A stretch of 64,000 bases of DNA from an uncultured Acidobacteriota bacterium (GTDB lineage: Bacteria > Acidobacteriota > UBA6911 > RPQK01 > JAPXNP01). The stretch covers positions 352,001-416,000 of the forward strand of contig CAVZRV010000027.1 of assembly GCA_963777605.1 (NCBI GenBank), given 5' to 3'. Both the position numbers and the translations under genes were made by a program. The notes below the pieces were generated by a model. It was not told the DNA's origin. It saw only the letters and a list, made by a program, of their open reading frames with translations, and did not search any database. This document shows, in pieces, positions 34,615 to 44,669 of the stretch (the stretch's first letter is position 1; each line of letters opens with the position of its first letter).

Positions 34615-35576
34615 GAGTGAATTTCGAGAAGGTCCCCGTCGTGAAGAACGTAATCCCGCTCCACCATTTGGCCTTCGTAGAGTCCGCCACCCCAAATCCG
34701 GGCAAACTTGAAGGTTTCGGCCAGGTCCTTGTGAATCATCGCGGCCGCATCGAGGACCGTGCTTCCCCGATCCAGCACGTAAGGAGCCTGGTCCCGCTCG
34801 GGCTTTCCTCCGGGAGGTTTGGTGTAGACGCGCACGACATTCAACCGTTCGAAAAGCATCTTCTTCATAGCCAGGAGGTCTCCGGCAGCCCCTGTGGAAA
34901 AAGGCAGCGCCTTGAAGTCGGCTTCGAAGAGCTCCTGCCAGGCCTCGAAACTCTCCTTCCCGTCGGGCCGATCAACCTTGTTGCCGAGAAAGATCAGGCT
35001 ACTCTCTGGAGCGGGCGGCAGAACCAAACCCCTTGAACGCAATTGTTCGAGAACGAACGCGGTTTGGTCGAGGAGAAGAGGATCCGTCACGTCGAACAGA
35101 AGGACTCCGACGTCCGACTGTTCCAGCATGGCGATCTGCCAGGGCTCGAACACTTCTCTGGCCAGGGGAGGCATGTCCACCAACTGGAGTTGGACATCCT
35201 CGTACGGCATCATCCCGGGCTGAGGCGCCCGGGTCGTGAACGGGTAACCGGCGATCTCAGGTTCAGCGTTGGTCAAATTACCGAGCAGTGAGGATTTCCC
35301 GGAATTCGCCGGACCGGAGACAACCACTCGACCGATGCCTTCTCTCTCAATGTAGTAGAACGGCCGCTTTGGGCCTCCGGAGGCCCTTTCCTTTTGGTGT
35401 TCTTTGCGGAGCTTGGAAAGGCGTCGCTTCAGGTCCGCCTGCATCTTCTCCGTCCCCTTGTGCTTGGGAATGACCCGAAGCATGTCTTCGAGGGCGGACA
35501 CCTTGTCGGCGGCAGACTCCGCTGCTTTGAATCTTTCCTCCGCGTCGTGGTACTCGGGAGTCAGATTGGCTGGCAC
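34611..35576 (-). CDS. DRG/Obg-like GTPase with C-terminal TGS domain
   Basis: MPANLTPEY, PKHKGTEK, G1 GPANSGKS, G2 YPFTT, G3 variant DMPP, G4 NKVD, TGS (VYTKPPG...IHKD...ARIWG...DGD). Confidence 0.88.
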   Translation of the reverse strand: MPANLTPEYHDAEERFKAAESAADKVSALEDMLRVIPKHKGTEKMQADLKRRLSKLRKEHQKERASGGPKRPFYYIEREGIGRVVVSGPANSGKSSLLGNLTNAEPEIAGYPFTTRAPQPGMMPYEDVQLQLVDMPPLAREVFEPWQIAMLEQSDVGVLLFDVTDPLLLDQTAFVLEQLRSRGLVLPPAPESSLIFLGNKVDRPDGKESFEAWQELFEADFKALPFSTGAAGDLLAMKKMLFERLNVVRVYTKPPGGKPERDQAPYVLDRGSTVLDAAAMIHKDLAETFKFARIWGGGLYEGQMVERDYVLHDGDLLEIHS

Positions 35577-35582
35577 GGGAGG

Positions 35583-35588
35583 ATTATA
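35583..35588 (-). promoter_or_regulatory. -10 element placed for leaderless transcription of the TGS-GTPase operon
   Basis: TATAAT 6 nt upstream of the GTG start with no SD sequence. Confidence 0.6.
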
Positions 35589-35872
35589 GCGAATTCCGCT
35601 CCGAACCGGAGCGCCCCCGGGGATTTCTGGGGAAGAATAGAAACCTAACCGGAATTATGTCATATTGCCAAAGTGAGGCTGTCTTTCCCACGCCTCGACT
35701 GGTTAGGGTTTTCCGGATGGGGAATCTCCCCCCGGCTCTGGTTATCAGACCGTTTTTCGTTTGTTGTGACGGAGCCACCAGAGACGAGCCGTCTCGAATC
35801 CGTCTTAGAATGGATCTGAGAAGGGGTCAAAGCCGACGAAGAAGATCTACTGAGAAGAGAATTCGACATCTG

Positions 35873-36565
35873 ATGAAAGCGTTTCTTGCGACAGTTCTGA
35901 CCGGGATCCTGGGGTTGAGCATGACCCTGGCAGCGCCCGACGGTGATTACCGGCAATGGACCATGGAGCAGGCGGTTCGAATCCTCAGCGATTCTCCCTG
36001 GATGAGCCGGGAGACTTCGACCCGGGTCGTGGGCGGAATCGGCAGTGGCGTCCAGGGCGAAAAAGAGATCTACAACACGTACTTCGTCCGTTTTCTTTCT
36101 GCATTGCCGATACGCCAGGCCTTCGTGCGAATTCGCCAACTCCAACTCGGCTACGACCAATTGGACGCAGCGCGTCAGAGGAAACTCGACCAGCAACTAC
36201 ACGGAATTCTGGATCTCGACGTTGACAAGTGGATCGTCGTGGCGGTGGCGTTCCGTTCCAACAATCCACGACAACAGTCCAGCGTCGAGCGCTTCTTCGA
36301 ATCTGAAACAATGGAGACCATCAAAACCCGGGCATTTCTTTCGACGGAGCGGTTTCCCCGGGTCGAGATCACCGCCTACTTCCCCCCAAGAGAGCCTTCG
36401 GTGGGAGCGAAATTTGTTTTTCCACGGTTCATCGACGGTACACCGATCGTCAAATCTGACGATAAAGAGATTGTATTTGAGTTCGACACCCCGGGGTCGG
36501 GACGTGAATTGCGAGCGCGATTCATCGTTTCTGACATGATTGTGAATGGAGATTTGGAGATATGA
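35873..36565 (+). CDS. Secreted hypothetical protein
   Basis: Signal peptide MKAFLATVLTGILGLSMTLA-A; ILSDSPW motif; ATGA overlap with the downstream receptor gene. Confidence 0.75.
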   Translation: MKAFLATVLTGILGLSMTLAAPDGDYRQWTMEQAVRILSDSPWMSRETSTRVVGGIGSGVQGEKEIYNTYFVRFLSALPIRQAFVRIRQLQLGYDQLDAARQRKLDQQLHGILDLDVDKWIVVAVAFRSNNPRQQSSVERFFESETMETIKTRAFLSTERFPRVEITAYFPPREPSVGAKFVFPRFIDGTPIVKSDDKEIVFEFDTPGSGRELRARFIVSDMIVNGDLEI

Positions 36566-39421
36566 GGTGGGGACTGCCGGCAGCCCTGCTCCTGGGCCTG
36601 CTCCTCACGGGAAACATTTCATCGGCACTTGGGGCCACCGTTGGCGGTGTCCTGGTTTCGTCGGGCTCCGCCTCGTGTGCGGATGCGGGTCTAATCTTCG
36701 TAAACGAAAATACTAACGAGGTCTTTCCAGCCGAAACCGGCCCGGAGGGCAAGTTCCAGGTCGAAATCGCGGCCGGCGATTACGCAGTTTACCGCCAATG
36801 TCACGACCAGCGTGAATTCGTGACCCGGCTTACAGTTGAGGAACAAGGATCCCAAAGTCTTCAACTGCAAGTGCCGGCGGACGAGTCGCCCACCGACGAA
36901 CTGCAGGCAATCCAGGATTTCGCGGTCGGCAATGTGGAATCAGCCGACCAGAACCTGGCAGACCTGATCAATCCCTTCCCAGCCAAGAAGCAAGGCAGAC
37001 TCTACGGTGCCGTCTACCTTTTCCATCGAAACGACAATCTGGACGCCCGGAACTTCTTCGACCCCGTCGGCGAACCCCTGCCCGAGTACAAGCGCAATCA
37101 GTTCGGGGGAAACCTGGGCTTCTTTGTCACCCCAAAGTTGAGCGTCTACGGGAGTTATGACGGGCTCCGAATCATTCAGGGATCGACGATCCTGACCCAC
37201 GTACCGACCGCGGCAATGAAGTCCGGAAACTTCCTTGAAACCGGGATCGACTTGATGGATCCCGAAACAGGCCAGCCGTTTCCCAACGCTACAATCCCTG
37301 CGGACCGATTCAATCCTGTCGCTCAAAAGGTTCTGCTCACGATGCCGGATCCAAATCGTTCGGATCCGGACCGGAATTTCGTCAACAACGACCCGCTGCT
37401 GCAAGACCGAAATAATCTCAACATTCGGACCGACTACGAGACTTCCAAGAATGCAACGGTGGTTGCCGAGTACTACTACACCGGAGTCCAGAGGACACGC
37501 GTCACACCACTTCCCGACTTCGACAGTTCATCGACGGAACGCCACCAGTCGGCATCGGTGACCTACAACCGGGCGATCACCGACAAGTTGATCGCCTACA
37601 GCCGAATCCAATTTGCCCGCAGCCGTACGATCTCGATTTCGCAGAACGCGGGTCGCGCCGGTCTTCTGGATTCGCTTGGGATCAACGGTCTGACGCTAAC
37701 GGATCCTCTCGAGGAAGGCTACCCGCAGTTCGAGTTGACCGGTTATGCGGATCCTGGCGATTCCAACTCACCGAATACGGCAGTACGAAACCGGGCTTCG
37801 CTCGACAGTTCCGCGACTTACGTGATCAACAACCACACGCTCCGGGGAGGCATCGGACTGGATGACATCCAACTGAACAATTACCGATCGGATGGGCTGC
37901 ACCGGGGTTCTTTCAGCTTCACCGGGAAATTTTCCGGCGATGCCTTTGCGGATTTCCTGCTCGGTCATCCCGATGCTTCGTCCAGGGGGATCGGCTCAGA
38001 TCGGGCCGATCTGAGGAAGTTCCAGTGGAATGCGTTCTTTCGCGACCAGTGGCGCATCAATCCGACACTCCAGATGACGATTGGGGCCAACTACCGGTTT
38101 TCACCACCCTATCGTTCGATCCAGTGACAACGTTTCCGGATTTTTCCCACTGCTTTTCGAACCGCCGATCAGCGGCGAGATCGTGATTGCAGGCACTTCG
38201 CGGGCAGAGCAACTGGGGTTCGGAGACGCCGTCAACGGCACTCTGATCTTTCCCGATCGGAACGACTGGGCACCGAACCTTGCGTTCGCCTACAACCCGC
38301 TTGGAAGCAACCAACTCGTCCTGAGGGGCACCTACTCGATCAACTATGACTCTCCCAACCAGTGGTACTTCATCGAGTCGCTGGGCCGAAACTACCCCTT
38401 CTATTACGTGGAGTCGGTCGAGACTTCCGAAGGTGGTCCTCCGGTATCTCTGAGTGACCCCTTCGCTGAGGCTGCACGCCCCGAGTTGACGGTCCGTGGA
38501 ATTTCTCCTCACCTTCGCAACGCCTACGTTCAGAACTGGAGGGCATCGGTAGAAACCGAACTCTCCCGCAACTGGTCCGTTCAGGTAACCTACGCCGGTC
38601 AAAAGGGCACCAGAATGACCCGGGTGATCCCGGCCAACGTGCCGACTCCCAGCCCCGAACCAATCCAGGATCGCAGGCCGAACCCGGAGTACGGACGCTT
38701 CCGAATCATCAATGACGGCGGCAGTTTCGTGGGCCATGGCCTGGACCTGACCGCCGAACGAAGGATGGCGGACGGACTGTCGGTGAGATCCGGCTTTGAG
38801 TGGAATCGCTTCTTTTCGGACGATCTGGGAGGCGATCCCCAGAATCCACGGGACCTGCAGGCTGAGCGATCCCAGGCAACCTGGGTTCCCCGCAAGCGTT
38901 TCTTTCTGAACTACATCATCGACCTCCCCTTCCGATCGATTGCGTTCGCCGACGACGTCTCATGGCTCCAATGGGCACTGGACGGGTGGCGACTTTCGGG
39001 AATCACGGAAATCCAGGACGGTCGACCATTCACCGTCACCGTCAGTGGCGACCCCAACAACGATGGCGTATATGGTGACCGGCCCGACCGAATCGCCTCA
39101 GGGAATCTCCCGGCCGACCAGCGGAGCGTTGACCAGTGGTTCGACACATCGGCCTTTACGGCGCCCGCAGACTACTCTTTCGGCAATTCGGGCCGCGGTA
39201 TCTTGTTCGGCCCCGGCCACCACACCTGGGACGTCAGCGTCATCAAGCAGACCAGGATGTCCGACGGAGAAATGCTGGAATTTCGGGTTGAGCTGTTCAA
39301 CGCATTCAACCACACCAACTTCTACCGGCCCACTTCCCAGTTTGACAGTTCCACGTTCGGAACGATCTTCGGGGCAGACCGGGCCCGCGAAATCGAAGTA
39401 GCCCTGAAGTATTCCTTCTAG
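36562..39421 (+). CDS. TonB-dependent receptor-like outer-membrane barrel (carboxypeptidase-regulatory N-domain), +1 frameshift at ~38121-38127
   Basis: Signal peptide; FHRNDNLDARNFFD, RNQFGG, FADFLLG, DQWR, WAPNLAFAY, FGNSGR, FRVELFNAFNHTNF, C-terminal aromatic LKYSF. The ORFs 36562-38127 and 38081-39421 are consecutive halves. Confidence 0.85.
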
Positions 39422-39433
39422 TGTCCCGAGCCA

Positions 39434-40597
39434 CTAGTAAAGGAACATCGGCTTTCCCAGAACCTCAGTGACTTTCGGGAGGTAATCGTCGATGTCGTAG
39501 AAGGTATCCACATCGACCCGCTTCACGCCCTGGGCGACAATCTCGATGTCGTCATGCCCATATCGACCCTCTCTCAAAACGACGAGCCGTCCGGTAAGGC
39601 CCTGCTGGATCAGGTCGATGGCCAGACTCCCGTAGTTGGCTGAAACCATCCGGTCCAGGGAATCCGGGGCACCACTTCGCATCAGGTATCCCAGTTGCTG
39701 GTAAATGATGTTCCGACCGGTCCGCCGGCGAATCTCCTCGGCCGTTAGGCTGCCGATGCCTCCAAGTTTGCGATGCCCGAAAGAGTCAACGGGGCCGCTT
39801 TCGAGGACATCATCCCCAATCATGCGGGCTCCTTCTGAAATCGTCATCACCGCGTAGCGGCTGGGACTGCGTTCCTGGTCGTCGCACAGAAGCTTCGCCA
39901 ATCGATCGGGGTCGAAGGGAACCTCGCTGATGATGGCCCGGTCGACCTCAGAGAGATACGCGGCCATGAGCGAGGTCTCCCCCGAGTTGCGGCCGAAAAG
40001 TTCCACGATGCCGATGCGTTCATGCGATCCGATCGACGTCCGCAACTGGGTGATGTATTCGACACTCCTGGTGACTGCAGTTGAAAACCCGATGCAGTAG
40101 TCGGTTCCGAAGACGTCGTTGTCCATGGTTTTGGGGACGGCGACAACCTTTACGCCCTCCTTGTGCATTCGGTGGGCGTAGCTGAGGGTGTCGTCACCTC
40201 CAATGGGGATTACGGTGTCGATGCCCAAGAGATCCAGGACCTTGAGGACGTGATCAGTGAAATCGACGAAGTCCCTGCCGGACAGAGCTTGGGGGCTATT
40301 ACGCAGGAAGACCGGAATCTGCTCATGAGGCACGTTGCCCGGATTCGTTCTCGACGTGTGAAGAAATGTCCCCCCGGTTCGACCGATGGTCCGGACGGTC
40401 TCTTGCGTCATCTTGACGACATACTTGCTCCGAGCGTCTTCCTCATCGGGATTGAAATGAAGCAGCCCGGCCCATCCCCGCTTAATGCCGAAGACTTCGT
40501 CACCATCATCGGCAGCCCTGTAGACAACCGATCGGATGCAGGGATTCAAGCCCGGGACGTCGCCCCCACCAGTAAGAATTGCGATTCGTTTTGCCAT
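39434..40597 (-). CDS. pfkA: 6-phosphofructokinase (PfkA family, likely PPi-dependent)
   Basis: [44 protein letters not shown]. Confidence 0.9.
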   Translation of the reverse strand: MAKRIAILTGGGDVPGLNPCIRSVVYRAADDGDEVFGIKRGWAGLLHFNPDEEDARSKYVVKMTQETVRTIGRTGGTFLHTSRTNPGNVPHEQIPVFLRNSPQALSGRDFVDFTDHVLKVLDLLGIDTVIPIGGDDTLSYAHRMHKEGVKVVAVPKTMDNDVFGTDYCIGFSTAVTRSVEYITQLRTSIGSHERIGIVELFGRNSGETSLMAAYLSEVDRAIISEVPFDPDRLAKLLCDDQERSPSRYAVMTISEGARMIGDDVLESGPVDSFGHRKLGGIGSLTAEEIRRRTGRNIIYQQLGYLMRSGAPDSLDRMVSANYGSLAIDLIQQGLTGRLVVLREGRYGHDDIEIVAQGVKRVDVDTFYDIDDYLPKVTEVLGKPMFLY

Positions 40598-40643
40598 GGA
40601 TTTGGACCTTCCAGAAGGCAGATTTTAGCAGAGAAGATCGTTG

Positions 40644-41795
40644 TCACTCCGGTTTCAATGGAGGAACCTCGATCCAACACTGCTCCTTCCACGATTCGAT
40701 TCCGAGTTCGGCCAACTGAACTCCACGAGCTCCTTCGTACAAATCCCAGGGAAAGGGTGCGTCGTGGACCACGTGTGCCAGAAAGAGCTCCCACTGCGCC
40801 TTGAACGCATTGTCAAAGCTTCGTTGCTCGGGGACCCGGATCCAGTCACTGAAATAATCGATGGGAGATTCGATGTCGGGATTCCAGACCGGGCGGGGCG
40901 TTGCCGCCAGAGGCTGCAGCCAGCACTCTCGCAAGCCCGCCACTGCCGATCCATTTGTCCCATCGACTTGAAGAGTAAGCAGGTCGTCCCGCCTCACGCG
41001 GACTGCCCAGGACGAATTGAAATGAGCGACCACTCCGCCGGCCAGGCGGAAAGTAGCGTAAGCTGCATCATCCGCCGTACAGGCGTAAAGTCGTCCGTTT
41101 TCGTCCCGGCGTTCCGCAATGTGGGTTTCAGCGATCGCGGAGACGGCTTCGACTCCCCCGAACAGGTCGTCGAGAATGTAGCGCCAGTGAGGGAACATGT
41201 CGTTGATGATGCCGCCCCCGTCCTCCCTGCGGTAGTTCCAGGAGGGACGCTGGCAGGGTATCGAGGATCCGTCGAAAACCCAGTATCCGAATTCCCCACG
41301 AACCGAGAGGATCCGGCCAAAGAACCGGGATCGAACCAATTCCTTCAGCTTGAGTATCCCTGGAAGCCAGAGTTTGTCCTGGACAACCCCGTTCTTGACG
41401 CCTGCAGTGCGCGCCCGATGGGCAAGCTCGAGGGCTTCGCCGAAGTTCAAAGCGGTCGGCTTCTCGCAGTAAACGTGCTTACCGGCAGCGATCGCTCGGC
41501 TGACGGCATCCACTCGCAGCCAGGTAGATTGGGCGTCAAAGTAGACAGGAAAATCTAAATCTCCCAGGGCAGCATCTAAGTTGGTCGTCCACTTCTCGAC
41601 GCCGGTATCGGCCGAAAGCCGTTCCAGCTTGCTTTCGTTCCGGCCTACCAGCAGCGGTTCGGGCAGGATCACATCGTCACCCGAGGAAAGTCCTCCCTGC
41701 CGAATGATCCCCAGGATCGATCGGATCAGGTGCTGGTTCCGGCCCATTCTGCCGGTGACACCATTCATGATCACACCGACTCTGATCTTCGCCAT
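40644..41795 (-). CDS. Cytoplasmic Gfo/Idh/MocA oxidoreductase
   Basis: IMNGVTGRMG, HVYCEKP, VQDKLWLPG, GEFGYWVF, QRPSWNYR. Confidence 0.9.
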   Translation of the reverse strand: MAKIRVGVIMNGVTGRMGRNQHLIRSILGIIRQGGLSSGDDVILPEPLLVGRNESKLERLSADTGVEKWTTNLDAALGDLDFPVYFDAQSTWLRVDAVSRAIAAGKHVYCEKPTALNFGEALELAHRARTAGVKNGVVQDKLWLPGILKLKELVRSRFFGRILSVRGEFGYWVFDGSSIPCQRPSWNYRREDGGGIINDMFPHWRYILDDLFGGVEAVSAIAETHIAERRDENGRLYACTADDAAYATFRLAGGVVAHFNSSWAVRVRRDDLLTLQVDGTNGSAVAGLRECWLQPLAATPRPVWNPDIESPIDYFSDWIRVPEQRSFDNAFKAQWELFLAHVVHDAPFPWDLYEGARGVQLAELGIESWKEQCWIEVPPLKPE

Positions 41796-41850
41796 TTCTA
41801 GCAGCGCTCCATCTGGTTAAAGAATTTCATCGCCCACCCGGCAGATCAAA

Positions 41851-42312
41851 TCAGGTTGATGAACCGTCCTCGTCCGGTCCCACAAACTGCGGCCACGCGC
41901 CCTTGGGGAGCCCGGGCACATCGACACCGGCTCGCGGCAGTGTTCCCGTCAATTCCTGACGCCAGTGCGCGACATCTCCGGCCGGGCCATAACAGTAGAT
42001 CATAGTCAGCGGCTCCGGTCCGGTGTTCGTCAACTGGTGAAACACTCCCGGCGGAATGTAGACCGCCTGCCCAGCGCCCACCTCGGCACGCTCGTCTCCG
42101 AGGCACATCTCCCCATGGCCGCTGACAACAAAGTAGACTTCTTCCTGATCCTGGTTGTGCCAGGGGACCTGCCCTCCGCGAGGATCGAGCGTCACATATC
42201 CCATGCAGAAACTCTCGGTCGAAATCGGCGAAGCCCCACCCACAACGTTCTGAGTTTGCCGCCGGGCCGGATACCGTCGGCCTTCGATTTGGGACAAATC
42301 TGCGATAATCAT
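41851..42312 (-). CDS. Cupin domain protein
   Basis: PWHNQDQEEVY and IPPGVFHQLTN cupin motifs; GGAG SD; TGATG coupling. Confidence 0.88.
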   Translation of the reverse strand: MIIADLSQIEGRRYPARRQTQNVVGGASPISTESFCMGYVTLDPRGGQVPWHNQDQEEVYFVVSGHGEMCLGDERAEVGAGQAVYIPPGVFHQLTNTGPEPLTMIYCYGPAGDVAHWRQELTGTLPRAGVDVPGLPKGAWPQFVGPDEDGSST

Positions 42313-43169
42313 CAGGACTCCTTCTCGACCGGTTCCAACTCGCCCAGGCACTCCAGGATCCCTCTCAGGTATCCGATCGCCCGGGCAGCGCACGTCGGCC
42401 CGTCCGGCAAATACTGGAACGGTTCGACCCCGATTACACCGGTATAACCGTTTCGGAGGAGACTTCGCAACAACGGAGTGAATTGGTCGTTTCCCTGCCC
42501 CGGGCCTTTCAGGTTGCGATCGTTGGCATGGACATGCCCGATCAAGTTTACCGGGATCAGGCGATCGCACAACACTTCGGGCGGTTCACTCTCGCATCCA
42601 GCCACCGCTTTGTTGTCGAGCATGGTCCGAAACGAGGGGCGATCCACCCGTTCCACCATTGCGACAGCCTCGCCCAGACTGTTGATGAAATTTGTCTCGG
42701 CACGACTCAGCGGCTCGATGCAGTAGGTGACGCCGGCCGTCGCCGCATGTTCGGCGACCGACTGAAGCAGCTCTCCTGCCCTCTTCTCGACCTCCCCGCG
42801 GTCCTGCCCGTCGGCGATCATGCGCTGTTTCGGAGATCCGTGGACGAGAACCGACCCACCCAGATCGGCACACAGGTCGACCAGTCCTCGCATTACCTCC
42901 AGTGTCTTCTCCCGAACCGAGGAATCGTCCGAAGTAATCGAAAGCCCCTGCGGGGTCACCAGAAGCCAGTGTAGGCCCGTAATCGTGATTCCGGCGTCCT
43001 CCGCCAATCGGCGAAGTTCCGAACGGCAACTGGCGGGAATCCGGTGAGGCTCGTCGGAAAGGGTGAACGGAGCCACCTCAAGACCATCATAGGCGAGTTC
43101 GGACGCCAATCGACACTGGTCCGAGAACTTCAGTTCCCGGACCACTTCATTGCAGAGCGCGATTCTCAT
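42312..43169 (-). CDS. Sugar phosphate isomerase/epimerase (xylose-isomerase-like TIM barrel)
   Basis: GLEVAPF, GLHWLL, HGSPKQR, IEPLSRAETNF, HVHAND, GPG, VEPF. Confidence 0.88.
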   Translation of the reverse strand: MRIALCNEVVRELKFSDQCRLASELAYDGLEVAPFTLSDEPHRIPASCRSELRRLAEDAGITITGLHWLLVTPQGLSITSDDSSVREKTLEVMRGLVDLCADLGGSVLVHGSPKQRMIADGQDRGEVEKRAGELLQSVAEHAATAGVTYCIEPLSRAETNFINSLGEAVAMVERVDRPSFRTMLDNKAVAGCESEPPEVLCDRLIPVNLIGHVHANDRNLKGPGQGNDQFTPLLRSLLRNGYTGVIGVEPFQYLPDGPTCAARAIGYLRGILECLGELEPVEKES

Positions 43170-43271
43170 GGGCGGTATGCTAGCATGACCTGGCCTGGAT
43201 TTCTCGACACCGATCAGGAGATCGACTGTGGAGATTCAGGCTGGACTGATCTAACATTCCCCCCACAAGCC

Positions 43272-44669
43272 ATGCTGCGAATAAATTGGAAAATCGCGCC
43301 CGACCAAATGACCTCGCCCCTTTCCGGACTCTGGGTACTGTCGCGACAAAAACTACTCGCCCTGGAAGCTCGATACGACTTCTCGAAAGGTGCCCCGGTC
43401 ATCACCAGGGAGGGGCAATACCAGCCCCAGGGCTGGACCGAGTGGACGCTCGGGTTTCACTACGGATCGGCACTCCTCCAGTTCGACGCCACCGGTGAAG
43501 AAGATTTCCTTCAATTGGGCAGGGCGGGCACGGCCGACCGGATGCTCCATCACGTGACTCACATGGGGGTACACGACCACGGGTTCAATGTCGTCAGCAC
43601 TTTCGGGAACCTGCGCAGGCTGGTCCTCGAAAAGCGGATCGACAGTGATCCCTGGGAGCGCCGGTTCTACGAACTGGCTCTGCGAGCCTCGGCTGCGGTG
43701 CAGGCCCGCCGCTGGACGGCTCTTCCTGATGGAGGCTACATCTATTCCTTCAACGGGCCCCACTCCCTGTTCGCCGACACCATCCGTTCCCTCAGGAGCC
43801 TGGCGGTTGGACATCTGCTGGGACACTGTCTGCTCGAAGAAGGAGACCGCAAAGTTTCGCTTCTGGAGCGACTCATCCAGCATGCCCGAACGACCGCCCA
43901 ATACAACGTCTATTACGGAGAGGGCCGGGACGCTTTCGACGTCCGCGGGCGGGTCGCTCATGAGAGTATCTTCAACACCGTTGACGGAAGTTACCGCTGC
44001 CCGTCTACCCATCAGGGCTATTCTCCGCGTTCAACCTGGACGCGGGGGCTGGCCTGGATCATTCTCGGCTATGCCGAAGAATTGGAGTTTCTCGGCTCTC
44101 TGGTTCGCGCCGGCGACGATCGAGTTGCGACGCCGGAGATCGGGCCGGCTATGAAAATGATGGTCCAGGCCGGTCGGGCCGCAGCCGACTTCTTCATCGA
44201 GTCCAGTCCTTCCAATGGCATTCCCTACTGGGACACCGGAGCGCCGGGACTCGAGCACATACCCAACTACCTGGAGCAGCCGGCGGATCCCTTCAACGAC
44301 CACGAGCCGGTGGACAGCTCCGCGGCCGCCATCGCAGCCCAGGGGCTTCTGCGCCTGGGTCACTTCCTGCTGGACTCGGGTGCCCACCATGACGGGCGCC
44401 TTTACTGGCAAGCCGGATTGACCGTGATGACATCGCTTCTGTCCGATCCCTACCTGAGCCGCGATCCGGGCCACGAGGGCTTATTGTTGCACTCGATCTA
44501 CCACCGGCCGAACGGTTGGGACTACGTTCCTGAAGGCCGCCAGTCCCCGTGCGGCGAATCGAGCATGTGGGGCGACTACCACCTTCGCGAGGCAGCCCTT
44601 TATCTTCAGAGGGTTTCCCGTCAGGAGCCTTACTACACATTCTGGGGGGCACAAAACGATGGCGACTAG
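43272..44669 (+). CDS. Glycoside hydrolase family 88-like (unsaturated glucuronyl hydrolase-like)
   Basis: HDHGF, QGYSPRSTWTRGLAW, PYWD, DSSAAAIAA, WGDY. The start codon is uncertain. Confidence 0.8.
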   Translation: MLRINWKIAPDQMTSPLSGLWVLSRQKLLALEARYDFSKGAPVITREGQYQPQGWTEWTLGFHYGSALLQFDATGEEDFLQLGRAGTADRMLHHVTHMGVHDHGFNVVSTFGNLRRLVLEKRIDSDPWERRFYELALRASAAVQARRWTALPDGGYIYSFNGPHSLFADTIRSLRSLAVGHLLGHCLLEEGDRKVSLLERLIQHARTTAQYNVYYGEGRDAFDVRGRVAHESIFNTVDGSYRCPSTHQGYSPRSTWTRGLAWIILGYAEELEFLGSLVRAGDDRVATPEIGPAMKMMVQAGRAAADFFIESSPSNGIPYWDTGAPGLEHIPNYLEQPADPFNDHEPVDSSAAAIAAQGLLRLGHFLLDSGAHHDGRLYWQAGLTVMTSLLSDPYLSRDPGHEGLLLHSIYHRPNGWDYVPEGRQSPCGESSMWGDYHLREAALYLQRVSRQEPYYTFWGAQNDGD

